Assembly (NCBI GenBank): GCA_965644265.1
Contig: OZ286463.1
Coordinates: forward strand, 48,112,001 to 48,176,000
DNA: 64,000 bases
Direction of reading: 5' to 3'
From: Glycera tridactyla
Lineage: Eukaryota
Part shown: positions 14,929 through 29,700 of the stretch, piece by piece
How positions within the stretch are numbered: the first letter of the stretch is position 1
Layout of the letters: each line of letters begins with the position of its first letter
The notes under the pieces: model-generated
Databases searched by the model: none
The model's input: the letters and a program-made list of their open reading frames with translations, nothing else
Told to the model about the DNA's origin: nothing
Translations under genes and position numbers: made by a program

Positions 14929-17798
14929 TCCTTGATGAAAGCCTCATTGTCAGGACATCACTCTAGTCTATTTGAGGTGGGAATTCGCTACTCTTCAGCT
15001 ATCTCCCAATATCAGTTCTTCAGCCAACCACTGGCCATCAAAAAGGTTGTATTCTTTTGGCATGTAATAGCTTCGTTTCACGGTGTTTGGTGTCATTGGA
15101 GCATGGGCAATTATCACATCATTTATGGTATAATATTTTTCTTTCAACAAATTTGAAATGCTGTGGTGACAGTGTACATTTTGCTCAAAATTCTATGACT
15201 ATCATCTCTTAGGAAGTCCGAGTCACACCAAATAGTTACATTTTCAAGGGAAATAGGATTGACCTAATACTAATCGGAAAATCCTGGAGATTGCTCTGAT
15301 GTATGTCAGTTTATGTGCTACTTGGTAACTGCAGAGATTCATAAAACTTATGAATTCTATATCTCCTATTTTATGACCTTTATATTACTCTTAATATCTG
15401 TTAACAACATCACTCAAATACTAAGATTATCAGTTCCCTATTCTACTCAAAGTTCAGTTCCAAAAGTTGTGCATATTTGATTTTCAGCTGTCAAAATTTC
15501 CATGTATATTTGCCTTGCATGATGACAGAGGTAGAGCAGAATGTTTGGTATACATAAAAGAAAAACAAAACTCAACTGACGATAACATTCAAGTTTGTTG
15601 TTGACTGTTATTTCAAGAATAAATGTATCAGCCACTTTCTGATATCCCAATGGAGTTTCTCTGACTATAGTCTTCCTGTATTAAGCAAGCACTTGTCTTG
15701 AGCAACCACTTTTTGCCTTTTCAATGGTGCTTGCTTGATACAGATTCTACCGTAGTTCATTCCAACATCATAATCCACTTTAATACAGAAGATGAATTTC
15801 TGGATTACATGATCACTCTTTCATGACAAAACTTGAGTATTTTATGCATGGGTTACTTAATAAAATCCAGTATTCGCTTATAAGATAATTGTGAATACTG
15901 CCTTTATTACTTCTAAAATCAGCATCATCAACTATTTTTGCTCATCAAAGTTTGACATCCATCTGCACAGATGAGTAATGGAACCAGTAAATACCCAACT
16001 ATATTGCAATATCAGGCTACTTTCAGTTGATTTACGATGCTAAATATTGGGAACCCTTGAACCATTACAGATAATATCAAATCTGGTGGGAGTTATCTCT
16101 TGTATCAGAGATGAGGCTTGTAACCTGGGACCTGTTATATATTTGTGTGCAGTTTCCATATCTGCTTGTGTGAGAGCCCGGGGCTATTAGAAATCAATGG
16201 CTTGCAATTGTGGGGGTTTGACTTTCACATGAAGAGCAAGTTCTATGTCGGGTCCCATTCCAAAGCATCAGCTGAAAAGAGGATGATGGGCATGCACATG
16301 ATGGGGGACCTGACACAAGCAGATACATGTACTGTACTTTCAATAATATCATATCCGTTATTCAATCTCTTGGCAATTCTCATTCAATTCACAGCTTTTG
16401 TAAGCTGATGATGAATGGGAGTGAATAAGTGTTGGCGGGACCAGTTTTTTCACTGCAGTGTGGGTTTGATGTGGTTCTAGTTGCTAGTTCTTGCACTATG
16501 GGTGAAAGTTTCAATATGCAACGTCCATGGGTGATTTTGGTTGGTCTTGGAAATGAAAATATTCAGACTTCTTTTCGCCATAAGTACTTGTTTCCCTGTG
16601 TGGAGAGATGTGAATTAGTCAATTTGGGTACTTAAATTCATGGGATACGAAGGAGGGTGCATAGCAGCATACATCTTGTATTTGTACTAACAAAATATCA
16701 TTTGTGCTGCCCATCCGTTTTCAGCCTAAAAATTCGTCCAAAAAATTTCAACTTTATCTCAATCAGAATTCAATCCCTGCCATGCTTATTTGCTGCACAA
16801 AAATTCATTTTGGAGCACATATACCAAATTTATTGGCTTCTTTGAATCCTCATGCTGCTTTCAAATAATACTCAAGCTTTCTTGCTTCTATACCACAGAG
16901 GAATTTTCAAGACCAGCAACTGTATAGCTATTTTTTCAACACCATTCACCATGGATAATGATGGTGAACGTGGTGTATATGAGTATGAATTTGCTACAAA
17001 TAATTTTAATTTTCATTACTTCATTTGTCCTCTCACATGCACAGATAAAATCATACCATATCATCATTTACACCAAAAGTGCATAGTTCATAGCAGCTGA
17101 CTTGGTAGCATGATGCAGAATCACTGCAGATGCATGGTGTTGGGCTATCAAGTTTCGGAATCAATTATTCTTGACTCTTGAATATATCATCTTGCATCAA
17201 AGGGGTCCCATTCTTATCCCATGTCTGATCATGTGGATAAACAGCAGAGGTAATTTGGCATAATGCATAATGCACCTGCTTAATTTCAGTATCTTAGACT
17301 GCACAATGAGTCCATCTGTGGTATAACAGGCAACATATTCCAAATAGGTCTTGGCTAAGGGAGATGTTTTGGCTTTTTGGCTGCTACAGTGCTTGGTGTA
17401 TTGATTCTAGTTTAAGAAATCCAAGAGAATCACCTCTGGATGTTGTGTCTATGTTGATCTTTCTACCATTTTCAGCAGTTCAGTGTGCGATCAAATGGTG
17501 GTTGGACATTATGTTACATTTTGTTGCAGTGGTTATATCAGTGCACCATGGCCAATGATGTGTGTGATTTGAAATAGTCAGACACATGAAGCTACTAGTA
17601 TATTTCCCATGTGTGCACCATATCTTGAGCTACAGGAGAAGGCCATGTGTGTACCATATCTTGAGCTACAGGAGAAGGCAATAGAATGGGAAAAATGGGA
17701 AATTGCTTTTCACATCTTGAATTATGTTGAGGTGAAGAAGTGTGATTGTTGATTTATTTTTCGATATTTAATGTGAAGAAATTTGTGTCTTATACTGT

Positions 17799-17979
17799 NN
17801 NNNNNNNNNNNNNNNNNNNNNNNNNNNNNNNNNNNNNNNNNNNNNNNNNNNNNNNNNNNNNNNNNNNNNNNNNNNNNNNNNNNNNNNNNNNNNNNNNNNN
17901 NNNNNNNNNNNNNNNNNNNNNNNNNNNNNNNNNNNNNNNNNNNNNNNNNNNNNNNNNNNNNNNNNNNNNNNNNNNNNNN
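17799..17979. other. Assembly gap
   Basis: N run. Confidence 1.
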
Positions 17980-18611
17980 GACAGATGGACGGATGGACAA
18001 GTGAACAGACAGGTAATAATTTGGTGGTTAAATGGAAGTCTCATCTGGAATACAACAGCTTGCACTGTACGTGCACACCAATCTTGACAGACGGAGTAAT
18101 TCAATGCCTACATGGGAAATTATATTTGATTCATGAATGGCTCTCTCATGGAAAGTGACTTTTGAAAAGTAAATCTGAAGTCTGATTGGTTGGGCTCCCT
18201 TATGAAGCTCAGAGAATGAGCATTCAGTATCATTGTCTCTGCCAGTGTTTACCAGAAATTTTTCATTCGCAACTCGAATAGATTCATCAATGTCATCTGA
18301 AATTGGCAAAGTTGCCAGGTGCCTTGATGGGAGAATTTCAATAAATCATGGAAGTCCTGATTCACATGTTTGTTTAGCACCTCCTTCTGAGCAGAACTGA
18401 TGTGTTCAACTTGATACCCATCGGATTTTATCAGGCCTATAGCTAGCACCTAGATACGATACTCCAGTCTATCACCTGGCTTCATTTCATAATCATACCT
18501 AGCTGTGACCACGATGAGAAATCTATCATGTATCCAAACCTGTTAGGAGCAAGCACCCTCAAGAAATGTGAAAAGTGGCTGCTTATTACAGGTTATATTG
18601 CATGGAGGATA

Positions 18612-18773
18612 CAATGGAACCTGTAACAATAAACTACCCTGAATGATACCAAAAGGGGTCCTCCAAAGACAGGTGGTCTCTTGTTGGTGGTATATTCAAC
18701 CTGTCTAATAGAAAAGGTCTTCTAAAAAGTGATGGTCTTTTTGTCAGGGGTCTCTTGTTCGGAAGTTTCACTG
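18612..18773. mobile_element. Tc1/mariner-type MITE, diverged
   Basis: TA-CAATGGAACCTG ... AAGTTTCACTG-TA; GACAGGTGGTCTC core. Confidence 0.75.
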
Positions 18774-21085
18774 TATTTATATCATGAATGGCTACATACC
18801 ATGAATGGCTGAGTACAACATCACAACCATCCCTCAACCAAGACCAAGGCCAGCACTCCCTTCCCAAAATATATGGGAGATTCTTCTCAGGTCATGTGAT
18901 CTTATCCCTACTCCCGGGTCAAGTGAGCTGGCAGCAGCAAACACGCAGTACCACTTGCTGGACAGGAAATGCGGACACGTTTTGAAAGCTTCATTAAGAA
19001 ACTTCAAACACTGTGAGTACCGGGAATCCTACATCTCAACAAAACACACAGCATGTTTTTGCTTGACCCAGTGACCTTCTAATGTAGGTGTAACAAAATT
19101 CTGAATATTGATAATATTAAAATAAATCACAACTCCATGTATTCTATCTACTCAGTTACCATTATGTTTTGAATTAGTGGCTATGGATAATGTGCAAACC
19201 CATTAGTTTGATGAACAGTGCATGTTCCAATAAGGACCTTTCAGGTCATTGAGTCACACCAGTAGGACAAGCTCCACTAAAGCATTACCAGACACCTATC
19301 CAAGGTCTCTATAGCATTACTGAGTGTGTAATTTCGCATACACCTCTAGAGCAAACCCTGCAGATTAGGCCAGCTCTGGTTAGTGGCATTGATGAAATTC
19401 ATTCTGATGTACACATGTGCATCCATCAGATATTATGTCTGATAATCTAATGCACTTTCTCATGTAAACAGGATTATTTCATCGCCATCAATGGCCATCC
19501 CTCCGTGTTGCTATTTGGCCATGGTTGCAAATGAGCTCAACTATATATCAGTCATCATCACGGTTGGTTGCATTTTGGCATCATTGCATTGTTTGGAGCA
19601 TTGATCTACTTCTGAAGAACCCTTCATTCCTTGGCTCATATGATTTTTGAATAAATACATGTAATATAGGACATTAATGAAATTGTGGGTGAAGCATGAA
19701 GGATATGATTCCCTGTCCTTGAATGAATGGATCATGGTCTCTTTCCATGCATTCAGAAGGTATACGCTGAAAGCTCAAAACACTTTCTGTTTCACTTTCT
19801 ATGTCACTTTCTACTGCAGTAATACCTGTGGAGTTAGACTCATGTACAAATATTGTGGATCTTTTTCATCATAGAGATGTTAAAAGTGAATATCAGGGCA
19901 TGAATACTCCATTGGAATTGAAGACAATTCCTCTTGAGAAACAGTCAAATCTGTCTTCCTAAATACTGCATGGCTGTGTGTGAACTGGTCCCCATGACGA
20001 GTTGGTTCAGGGTACAACATTCTGGTAAGTCTCAGGGTGAGACAAGATAGCTGCCCACCCACCATGGGCAGGTGAATTTTTCTGGTGGGCAGCAGGAAAA
20101 TTTTCATAAACGATATGAACATATATGCAGGGCAGGTTAATTTCCTTGATGACTTCTTGCCCTGAGTCTTCTCTGTGGATGGGTTTTATAGATAGGTAGT
20201 ATTTGTACGAAGGTATGGTGGTACACTTTGGAGGTACACTTTGGAAAGGCTTCCTTACGTATATACATATTGAAATGTTGGGCTCATTGCAGTGGGATCC
20301 ACTCATCCCCAGTGTCAATTGCTTGGGGCTAGCTATAATTTGCTTGTCTTGCTAATATAAGAGGCCCTGTAAATATTTAGATGAGCTACACACCCACCTC
20401 CTTACTGTATGTATACTTCCAGATCAACCAGCGACTGGTGGTGCTAACACTCCCATCTTTGCCTTTAGTTCGGCTGAAATTCTCCCATCATCATTCCAAA
20501 CTTTGCAGCTAATTCAGTAGTCCCAAATATGCCTTGGATGGGAAAATATAATTTTCAATTCCATTATCTAATCACAGTGAATCCTGTGACAAAAGACCCT
20601 CTGACAAAAATCTAACTTTGATGATAGAGCACTTTTGCATGGTAGCTTTTTCAATTTGAATGAGTTGCTGGTGAGGGACCACCACATCTTTGAGTGATCA
20701 CTTTTTGTTGACATTCAGGTCTCTTGTTGCAGTATTTATGAATCATTCCAGTCTTGAAGTCTGGATTTGAAATTTCCCAGTAGAATTTGAATAAGAGTAT
20801 GTTTGTACACTTCCATATAAATTTGATCTGGGAGAAGCAGAGAGCTATGAGTGTGTTCATGTAGTTATAAAATTAAATAAAGTGTGAGCTCTTTGAAATA
20901 TGTTTCAAGGATGATATCAGCCTTGAAAATGTGAACCTCTACCGAGGAATACTCAAGGTCTGGCAGTGAACAGAGGGGTGTGTGGAGAGAGCTGGAAGGA
21001 GTTGGTTTTTGCCTGCTCAGGTATGCTGAAATAGCCCATGGCAGATAAACATTGTGATGAAATATGGCATATCCCCAACACAGGA

Positions 21086-21086
<1 letters not shown>

Positions 21087-21133
<47 letters not shown>

Positions 21134-21172
21134 GTGTGTGTGCATGCATGCGTGTGTGTGTGTGCATGTGTG
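21087..21172. repeat. (TG)n microsatellite
   Basis: Direct reading. Confidence 0.95.
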
Positions 21173-21632
21173 TATATCTATTTCTCCATATTTTACTTTA
21201 CATAGTACCAAAACACAACAATACAAATAGAATAATAATCCATCGTAGGTGGTGAATATTGGGATACACCATATGGGAGGAGCTGCCTATGTAAACCTGA
21301 CTTGTCCTTGTCAAACCAATGTCTCAAACTATTGAAGTTGAGTACTCTTTTCTGGCAAGTAGTCATGGTGTTCTGAAAAACCACCTCACACTGCTAATAT
21401 ACCCCTCGGCAAGCAACTGATATACCCCTCGCAGACCAAACAAGTCTAGTTTCACATTTCTAGAAGATCGAGAAGCAAATCTTCTTCACAAGTCTGGTAG
21501 TGTAATCATGCCCTTGGTGTGTAACACAGGAGGGGCATTATGATTTCAAATTGATCCTGGTGTGGGTGGGTGGTAGGAGGGTGGTTGTGTGGGTGGCTAG
21601 GTGGGTGAATGATGGTTTCTTGACAATAACTC

Positions 21633-21871
21633 NNNNNNNNNNNNNNNNNNNNNNNNNNNNNNNNNNNNNNNNNNNNNNNNNNNNNNNNNNNNNNNNNNNN
21701 NNNNNNNNNNNNNNNNNNNNNNNNNNNNNNNNNNNNNNNNNNNNNNNNNNNNNNNNNNNNNNNNNNNNNNNNNNNNNNNNNNNNNNNNNNNNNNNNNNNN
21801 NNNNNNNNNNNNNNNNNNNNNNNNNNNNNNNNNNNNNNNNNNNNNNNNNNNNNNNNNNNNNNNNNNNNNNN
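21633..21871. other. Assembly gap
   Basis: N run. Confidence 1.
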
Positions 21872-22407
21872 TTGGCTGCCCAATCCAAGCTCTTTATTCG
21901 ATGGCAATCATGTTCAGTAGATCATACAGTTCCATTACTGTCAAACAATCATATTGAACCATGAAATACAATAACGTCCATTGGAGGTTGGGGTGTAGGG
22001 ATGAGTGTTGCCATGACAGCTGGCCAGCATCCGATGGAGGTGATGATCTAATTGTGGGATGTCTGGCATTTCTGCTGATCTCATCAGTTTGTATTTGCAT
22101 TGTTTTCCTGATCATCATCCAATCATTGGCGACCAAAGTGGCATTGGATATCTGGCCTGTGATGTCCAGACCCACTCTATTTGGTGCTCATAGGAATGGG
22201 CATTTACATTACTCATCAGTCAATTTGCAACAGATAGGGTCAATATACTGATGGACAGCATAGACAATACTTGGAGTGTTAGAAAAACCCATCTGTTACT
22301 GGTGTATTATATTGCCACCATATGTGGTAGAAAATTACTCATTGTGAAATCACACGGAGCTCCATTCTCTCACATAATTCAGATAACAAACTTCTCAATG
22401 CTGTCGC

Positions 22408-22536
22408 GTGTTCAGGATTTGTGAGAGTGAGGTCTGCAGGGGAGAAAAACATCTAGCTTTCATCAACCAGGAACACAGGGCATACATAACACTTGGGTTG
22501 ATACATGCCGTTAAACCTCAAACAAACAAACAAAAA
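22408..22536 (+). mobile_element. SINE family 3' fragment
   Basis: Same 3' block and (CAAA)n tail as the other copies. Confidence 0.8.
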
Positions 22537-23364
22537 CTCAACACTGTCTCATTGAGGAATTCCCTTCAATATCTTCATGAATGAGAATGAATGAAGTGTT
22601 GCAATATAGACAAAACATCATACCTTCAGGTTGGGGCCTTTGGATGCAAGCAAATTGGGGTTTTTACCAATGGAAACCTGTGGAGAAGCTTACCCTTCAA
22701 TGCTGCAACCCAGATACCACTGATATTTGGTCACACAGGCCTCGCCCTAGAAGAAATTCCTATCTTTTCAATATTGAATCAGTCCCCTCCATACTGCCTT
22801 GCTATGGTACTCCTCTCTTCTCAATCATAAATCAGCATAGCATCAACCACTTGTTTTTGAGATAATTGAATTTGAAGTCAGGGTGTCAGGGATTTCTGTC
22901 ATCTACTCATGGAGGATACCCTGATGAAGTCACTAACCATGCAGGTATGGACTGGATGATTGAGTCTAAGAAGAAGCTGGGAAATGAGATTAGCAACAGA
23001 GCAAATCCCCAATCAAGTGGGTATGGTTTAGGGTTGGACTAGCTTCCAACTCTTTTCCAGTCTTGGCTGAACTGCCAGGTCTCCTTCCTCGAGTGTGTGA
23101 AATATCGAAGGACTGAAAACCTCACCTAGTATATTATCTCAGATGACCTGAACAATACTGCCTCAAGTCATCTTGTTATTGCAGAGCAGGTGCTTTGCCA
23201 ATTCTTTCCCGGAAATAGTTTGTAAGGATATCAGGGAAAGTAGAGAAGGATACACAGTTCGGTTCACTGCTGTAAGATACATGGAATCATCTGAACAGGT
23301 GATACATAGAAATGTACACATGCATGCACATGTGCATGTGTGTGCACACACACTTGCACATACA

Positions 23365-23366
<2 letters not shown>

Positions 23367-23430
<64 letters not shown>
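23367..23430. repeat. (CA)n microsatellite
   Basis: Direct reading. Confidence 0.95.
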
Positions 23431-23434
<4 letters not shown>

Positions 23435-24206
23435 CACACGTACAAAATAAGAGTGAGAAGTTTCATCGTACTCAAAGTATGCACAGTTGTCAGTAATCTC
23501 TCTAGATCTGAATCTTTTCACCAGCATGTGGCAGACTCTTGACTTCCGGATGGGAATATGATCATATGATGAGATTTCCCTAGAAATTACTCAGCAGATC
23601 ATGCCAGTCCCAGTCCCAGTTCAAAGTTGATTGTTCTCTGTGATGTTTGGACCATATATGATGATTGTGGTGTTATTGATACCCCCTCCATTTCAGAAGT
23701 CATGGGCCATTGAATATGGGTTGAGATATTGGTCAGAATCACAGGTACAATTTAAGCTGTCGGGGATGAGACCTGGAGTAGGTGCATTCAGCTGGTATGG
23801 TTTCCAGGAAGCAGTTTGCTCAGATCAGAGTGTTTTATCATTTTGTTCACCAAAGTTCCTCGGAGTGGATTCTATATGAGTAGCTAAGGTATACTGTGAC
23901 ATGTGGCTCTTCACATATAAAATGATGGCTTCTCTACCTCTGGGCTTCCTGGGGAGATATATCTGAAGTGGTTTGATGTAGCACCAATTGTGCAGTGTTG
24001 CATCCAGAGGGGGCATGGGGGCATTTCAGATATTCTGTTGAGTGGTGGCCCCTTATCGTATCAATTATGTTCCATATGCCCCCAATTGAGTGAGAGAGTT
24101 GCGCTAATTCCTCAATATGTGGAAACATTTTTAGGGATTTTGTGAAGAAACGCCCTCTTGTGTCAAACTTTAGTGGGCAAATGCCCCTGATTCTGGAAAT
24201 CCTGAA

Positions 24207-24244
<38 letters not shown>

Positions 24245-26117
24245 GAGGGGGGGGGGGGGGTCAGTCATGGGCAAGGTGAAGCTGAAATGAGTGGTGGTCT
24301 TCTCTAGCAGGTGGTTTTAATCAGACACACTATCCTGAGTCTGTTGGACAAATAGGATACAACATTAATCTTCAGAATTTTTTTGCCATGAGGTATTTGC
24401 GTGTGTCAACCCCAAGTCGCCCACACTGAATTAGAGTCATACTTGACTGATTCCTGCTTGGGTTGTGTACGCTCGGTATGTTGGTCAACCATTAGGCATC
24501 TCACATACCTGATTTTAATCGAGAAAAAGCTGGTCATTAAATTGGATAGAGTTCATATTCTCGACCATATTGACTGTGAGATCAGATAAATATCTGTGAG
24601 AATCAGGGAGATGAAGAGGATACTGAGGGAAATCCTTAAAGTACTAAGCTCACAGTTGAATTGTGTGAGGTTCACTCTTTCAATCCCCAACAATGATATG
24701 CCAGAAATTGTCACTTATCTGGTTGACCGTGACATGGGTCTACTGAAATGTGTGGCAGGATTCATTCAGAACAGTCAGTTGCAGTTCTCATGATCATCAT
24801 GATTCTCATGAAAATACATCCAGGGTTCCCTCTATAAATTAGCATCTTAGCTATAGCTAATATCTGCAGTCAAGGGCTAAAGAAATTTGAAATTTGCTTG
24901 ATGATTTGCTGAAGTAATTTCAATGTCTGATGGCACAAAGAGGTGTTGGTGGTTCATTGTAAATAATCTGGCTTAAGAATGCCATTTTTTTCAACTGATT
25001 CTATGGAATACTTTCTGATTAGTACAAAGTACTTCTGGCTAAAACCATTTGCTCAATGGCTTTCCATACTAGAGGGAATCTAGATCACCCTATGTTCAGA
25101 ATGGAAGAGTGGCTACACTCCTGGAATGTTCCTCTCACTAATATTCAGCTGATTAGTCTATTTGCATCTCATTTTCTTGACACTGATGCTGAGTTTAATC
25201 TGAAGTGGGAAGGGTGAATTAAGATGTGGACTGATCAGGGTTAATGGCAGAGATTGTGGTTGCATCCAGGATAGAGACGAGGAAAGATGGAGGGAATCGG
25301 AATGCGTTTAGGTTTGAGCCCGAGTAAACAGACATAACAAGAGGATGAAGAATGGTTTGGTAGCATGACAAACACTCTGACATCCATGTACCTGGGGACC
25401 CCTGCTATACCGCAGCCTCGGGGCTTGCGTCCATATAGGAATCGAGGGACACAGATGAGCGCTAACTTTATGTGAAACGTCAGGTTGAGGCAGGTTGAGT
25501 GCAGTGTAAATTAGGACTAGTCTCACTGTCCCCTCATGGAACAGACCGGTATCCGAACACCTGATGATACCTCATCCGTGATAAGACATCCCTCCCTTTC
25601 AAAGCATTAGTATATAAGAAGCATTAGTATATACACGATTGGATTACCAATAATGGCCAGATATTGGTTTGCCAAGATGACCGTCATCACGGATCCGTTC
25701 GAGACGTTAAAGGTGATGATTTTTTCTTGCATTTTTTTTCTGTTTTATCACCTGCTAAATTTACCCATGATACATGATACCCCCTAGGTGGGGTGGATAG
25801 GTGGCATCTGTATCTGATCTACATGTGGGGCGCTTAACATGCCTCAATGAAGGGGGAGTTGTTGTCAGAAGATGCACCTGGCTTCACCTGTCTTGGCTTG
25901 ATGAGTGAAGATCTGGCCAAGAAAATGTCTGCCAATTTCACAATTTTTATGTGTATTATCCACTTCAGAGCTTAGTTTTATTACAAAGTTGCCCATGGTA
26001 GATGGCAATGTAAATCTGTGTCTTTCTCGAGATCAGAAACTAGTGTAGTCTACACAAGATTTTGTCTTTGTCACAGTCATTGTTCAAACAACTTGGTCAT
26101 GTTGGTGATTCACCCTT

Positions 26118-26262
26118 TGAACTGTTGGCTTCTTCCACTTGACAACCTTTCAGGTTCCCCATCATCTTGTGTTCAGGGTTTGTGAGAGAGATGTCTCCAG
26201 GGGAGAGAACATCTAGCTTTCATTTACCAGGAACACACGGCATACATAATCCTAGGGGTGAT
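26118..26262 (+). mobile_element. SINE family internal/3' fragment
   Basis: CTTCCACTTGACAACCTTTCAGGTTCCCC...GGCATACATAATCCTAGGG. Confidence 0.8.
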
Positions 26263-26644
26263 GTGTTTTTCCTTAATACACAGTTAGAGATGATTATTAT
26301 CACTACCATAATGAACCTTTGGTTCTAATCACACCTCAATAAGTTTGTCCAACTATCTTGTCCAATACCAAGGGTGGTGCACTGCATGTATCAGCAGCTA
26401 GAGTTTGTGAGGTTGTCAAACTTCAGGTAGGAGTTGAATGAAAATTCATCAAGATCACAGCCTGACTATTCAAATCTCATTTGTCCTTTCATGGTTGAAG
26501 GCGAAGATTCATTTTCCTGTGGATTGAAACATGATTGAAACATTTTTTGTTCACCATGCTGTCACTATGATGGGTCACGCTGGATGAACCTTTTACTCTC
26601 TAGTGTGTGCTATGTGCACTAATGCTCAATGAAATACAGTTGTG

Positions 26645-26711
26645 AGTTTGTGTGTGTGTATGCGCACATGTGCATGCAAGCATTTGCATAGTATGTGTGT
26701 GTTTGTGCATG

Positions 26712-26778
<67 letters not shown>

Positions 26779-26790
26779 TTGTGTGTCCAT
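26645..26790. repeat. Compound (TG)n microsatellite
   Basis: Direct reading. Confidence 0.95.
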
Positions 26791-29700
26791 CTGTCTGTCT
26801 CTCTGTCTGGACACTTGTCTGCACTCGCAGGTACATGTGGTGATGCATACACATGCTTGTCCATGTTCTATCATGACTCAAGGGTACATAAATGTGGTCC
26901 CCCAATCACATTCCCAAAGTGTGTAGTAGAGAAGTTTCAGTAACAGAATATTTGTGACGGAGTTGGTGCTGAGAGTTACAGAGACTAGTATAGTATCATG
27001 TTTTATTAATTCTGTGTCTTCGTTATTATGTATCTGATTCAGAGTCGGCAGATGTCAGCCCCTTTTGGTGGCGCAGGAGAGGTGATGAATTGGTCTCCTC
27101 CGATATACGACACTCATCTCTAGACACTTGTTTGATCCCCCACCCCTCCTCCCTCATTTTGCTTTCACATCATATCTGTGTGTTCGACATTCAGTTCCAC
27201 ATTCACGCATCAATCATGCAGCCTTACTCTCTCCATTCATTTGTGTTTGCAGATTTTCATTTGTTTCTCATTCATTTTCTATTTTTGAGATGCAGCCTGC
27301 AGTAAATTTACAAGTTTTTTAAGTTTTATTATCATTGTATGCCTACAAGAGCAACATTGCAGAGGTTTATCATTACTATAAATGTAATAAAAACAACAAC
27401 AATAACAATGATGATGATTCACTGAATGGGTTATTTGAAAACATTCGTATGGAATGGCCCAGTTGCCATGATTCCTCAGAACACCATTGAAACAAATCTT
27501 CAGATTTTAGGTTTTCCAAAACTTTCATGAAATTTGCCGCGGATGTTCACATATTTCAAACTAGTAACACCAATTAAAAGAACAAATGGAATTCATTTGT
27601 TTGAAAAATTTCATTAGGTCACAGATCCGGTTCATGCTTGTGGAATACCCTTGAAAGTTTCACTATTTAGACTCTGAACAACAAGAAAAAAATGTCTATA
27701 TGAGATAGTGGTATAGAAATGACCCATGAAACTGTAAAATGGCCCAAAATTCATTCACTGCTTTTTGGCATTGGCTTAGTCTTTTACTCAGTGGAATACA
27801 CTCGTTCGACTCAGGAAACCAATATCTTTGCTTCGGTCAAATATGACCAATCCTATCTACAGGTTACTTTTTTGATTTTCCGCTTTTCCACACGTTTGAA
27901 GCATATCATCTTAATAAACTGTGTTTTGAGCATGGTCTAACATCTCAAATCATATGTCCTGTCTGTAAAACTTTGGATTGCATGCCCATTGAAGAACCCC
28001 AGCAGATATTGCAGACTCGCTGCAGTCTTGCTGCAGTCATGCTGTGTACAGTGTTTTTCAGTATCATGGCAGATAATTAAATGTTCTTATAAAATTGCTA
28101 TAGGAGAGAGAATATTGACAATGGTTGGTCCTTTGAAGTAGTAGCTTGATGTGTCCAGTTTATGTCTGGACCTGTTGTTTCCTCGTCTACCTTCTTGACA
28201 TTTTCAGAATTTTGCTAAACAAATAGCTTGATGAATTCAGATGATTTCATCGTGGCCAGTCTTATGACCAATCTAAGGAACATTGTGTTGTTGTGGTGCA
28301 TATTGAGGCACTTCTACTGCACACCATTGCTCGGTGCTCAGAATTTTATAGTGAAATTATGTTCCACAATTTGGTATTCAACTCAGCAGATCTACCTCGA
28401 TTTTCACTCTTTGTTGTTTCCATCAAATATTGTAAATGACCAAGAAATTTTGAATTTTTTTCCTAATGAGCCTATTACATACATGTATATGAAAATCAAA
28501 TCGAGGAAATTTTGCCTTTGTCGAGAGATTTCGCAGTACATGCATTTCACATGGCCTGCCATGGATAAGATACATCTCAGATTCGGAACAGAGTGTGTCT
28601 TATGGCTCGCATCATCCTCGTTGTGTTTACCTTCATGAATTCCTAGTCCTCATTTTCTGCATGATGAATACTTGCACTAAAGTTGGTCAGTTTGATGACG
28701 ACAATTCATATTCCAGATTTTGATGTTGGTAGTTCATGATATATACAAAACTCGCATGATTGACATCCAAACAGCGGAAATCAAGGGTCGTTGAAGACAT
28801 TGTGTGTCATAAATTTTGTATTCGGTTTTCGTAGTTCTGTCTCATGTTTGTCTGGTTCTGTCTCATTCTGTTACCAGTAAGTGATGGATGGTGTGAGAAT
28901 AGTTGCGTGTTTTTGAACTATTACTCAATAAATTTTTGAATGTGTTTTTGAAAAATGTATGATTTTCACTTTCTTATTTGCTATATTCATTTGGACATTT
29001 TCATTGTACGGTGTTTTGTGTCACATCCATTTGAACACTTTCAATGTACCGGTATGGTGCTATATTTAGTTGAGAAGAACTATACATTGATTATAAATTA
29101 TACCCATCATTATTATGAATGGACTGTAATTATTTGCGATGAAATATAGACTACCTTTAATGAATGCAGAATAAAGTTGCCATCAGTAAGTTGCTGTAGT
29201 TTAAACCATATTACTAAGTTTACTCCATAATTGAATTGGTAATTTTTGTATCAGAGTTGTGCTATCGTGATGAGCGACTCAGTCCCTTGGTGGTATTCAG
29301 AATGATATCCTGGAGAGTATTGGTCTGAATTCTTTCAGAGACTCTACATAGAAGTTACTTGAGTACGCATGGTGTTTTGTTGAAAGTTTGAGAAGCTTTC
29401 AGGGTAATTCCATTCAGAAACCTTCTTCAGCTCTTGGAAAACGCATTGTAGAAGCGTCTTCACGTGACCAGGCAGTTAGGGAACAAGCACCTGACAGATT
29501 CTACTTTGTTTGGTTGGAACTTGAATGCCATGACACTGCCATAGCATGTAGTGTTACACAATGCCTGATGGCAGTTTGTGACATCATTTTGTGTGAATAT
29601 GCATATGTCATACCAATGTAGAATGAAAGTTATTCAGAAGCCTTCAGGGATGTCATGTGGCCGCTTTTGTCAGGCCCCATTTGTTCTCGTGTTTGAGGAT

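Larger units (their letters stand above)
21960..24100 (-). mobile_element. Possible highly decayed Ty3/Gypsy pol relic
   Basis: RVGLDITG (22155-22178) and a YTPTSNG-like motif (about 21977-21998) resemble integrase core; weak MP.G.CN-like RT motif near 24000; all need indels. Confidence 0.3.

Noticed and set aside
15300-16100. Decayed RT motifs on the - strand (QGSQYL, VDDAD)
   Set aside because: Too degenerate to distinguish from chance by eye.
20865-26943. HT/CV-repeat ORFs and ORFs spanning N runs
   Set aside because: Translations of (CA)n/(TG)n microsatellites or of assembly gaps.
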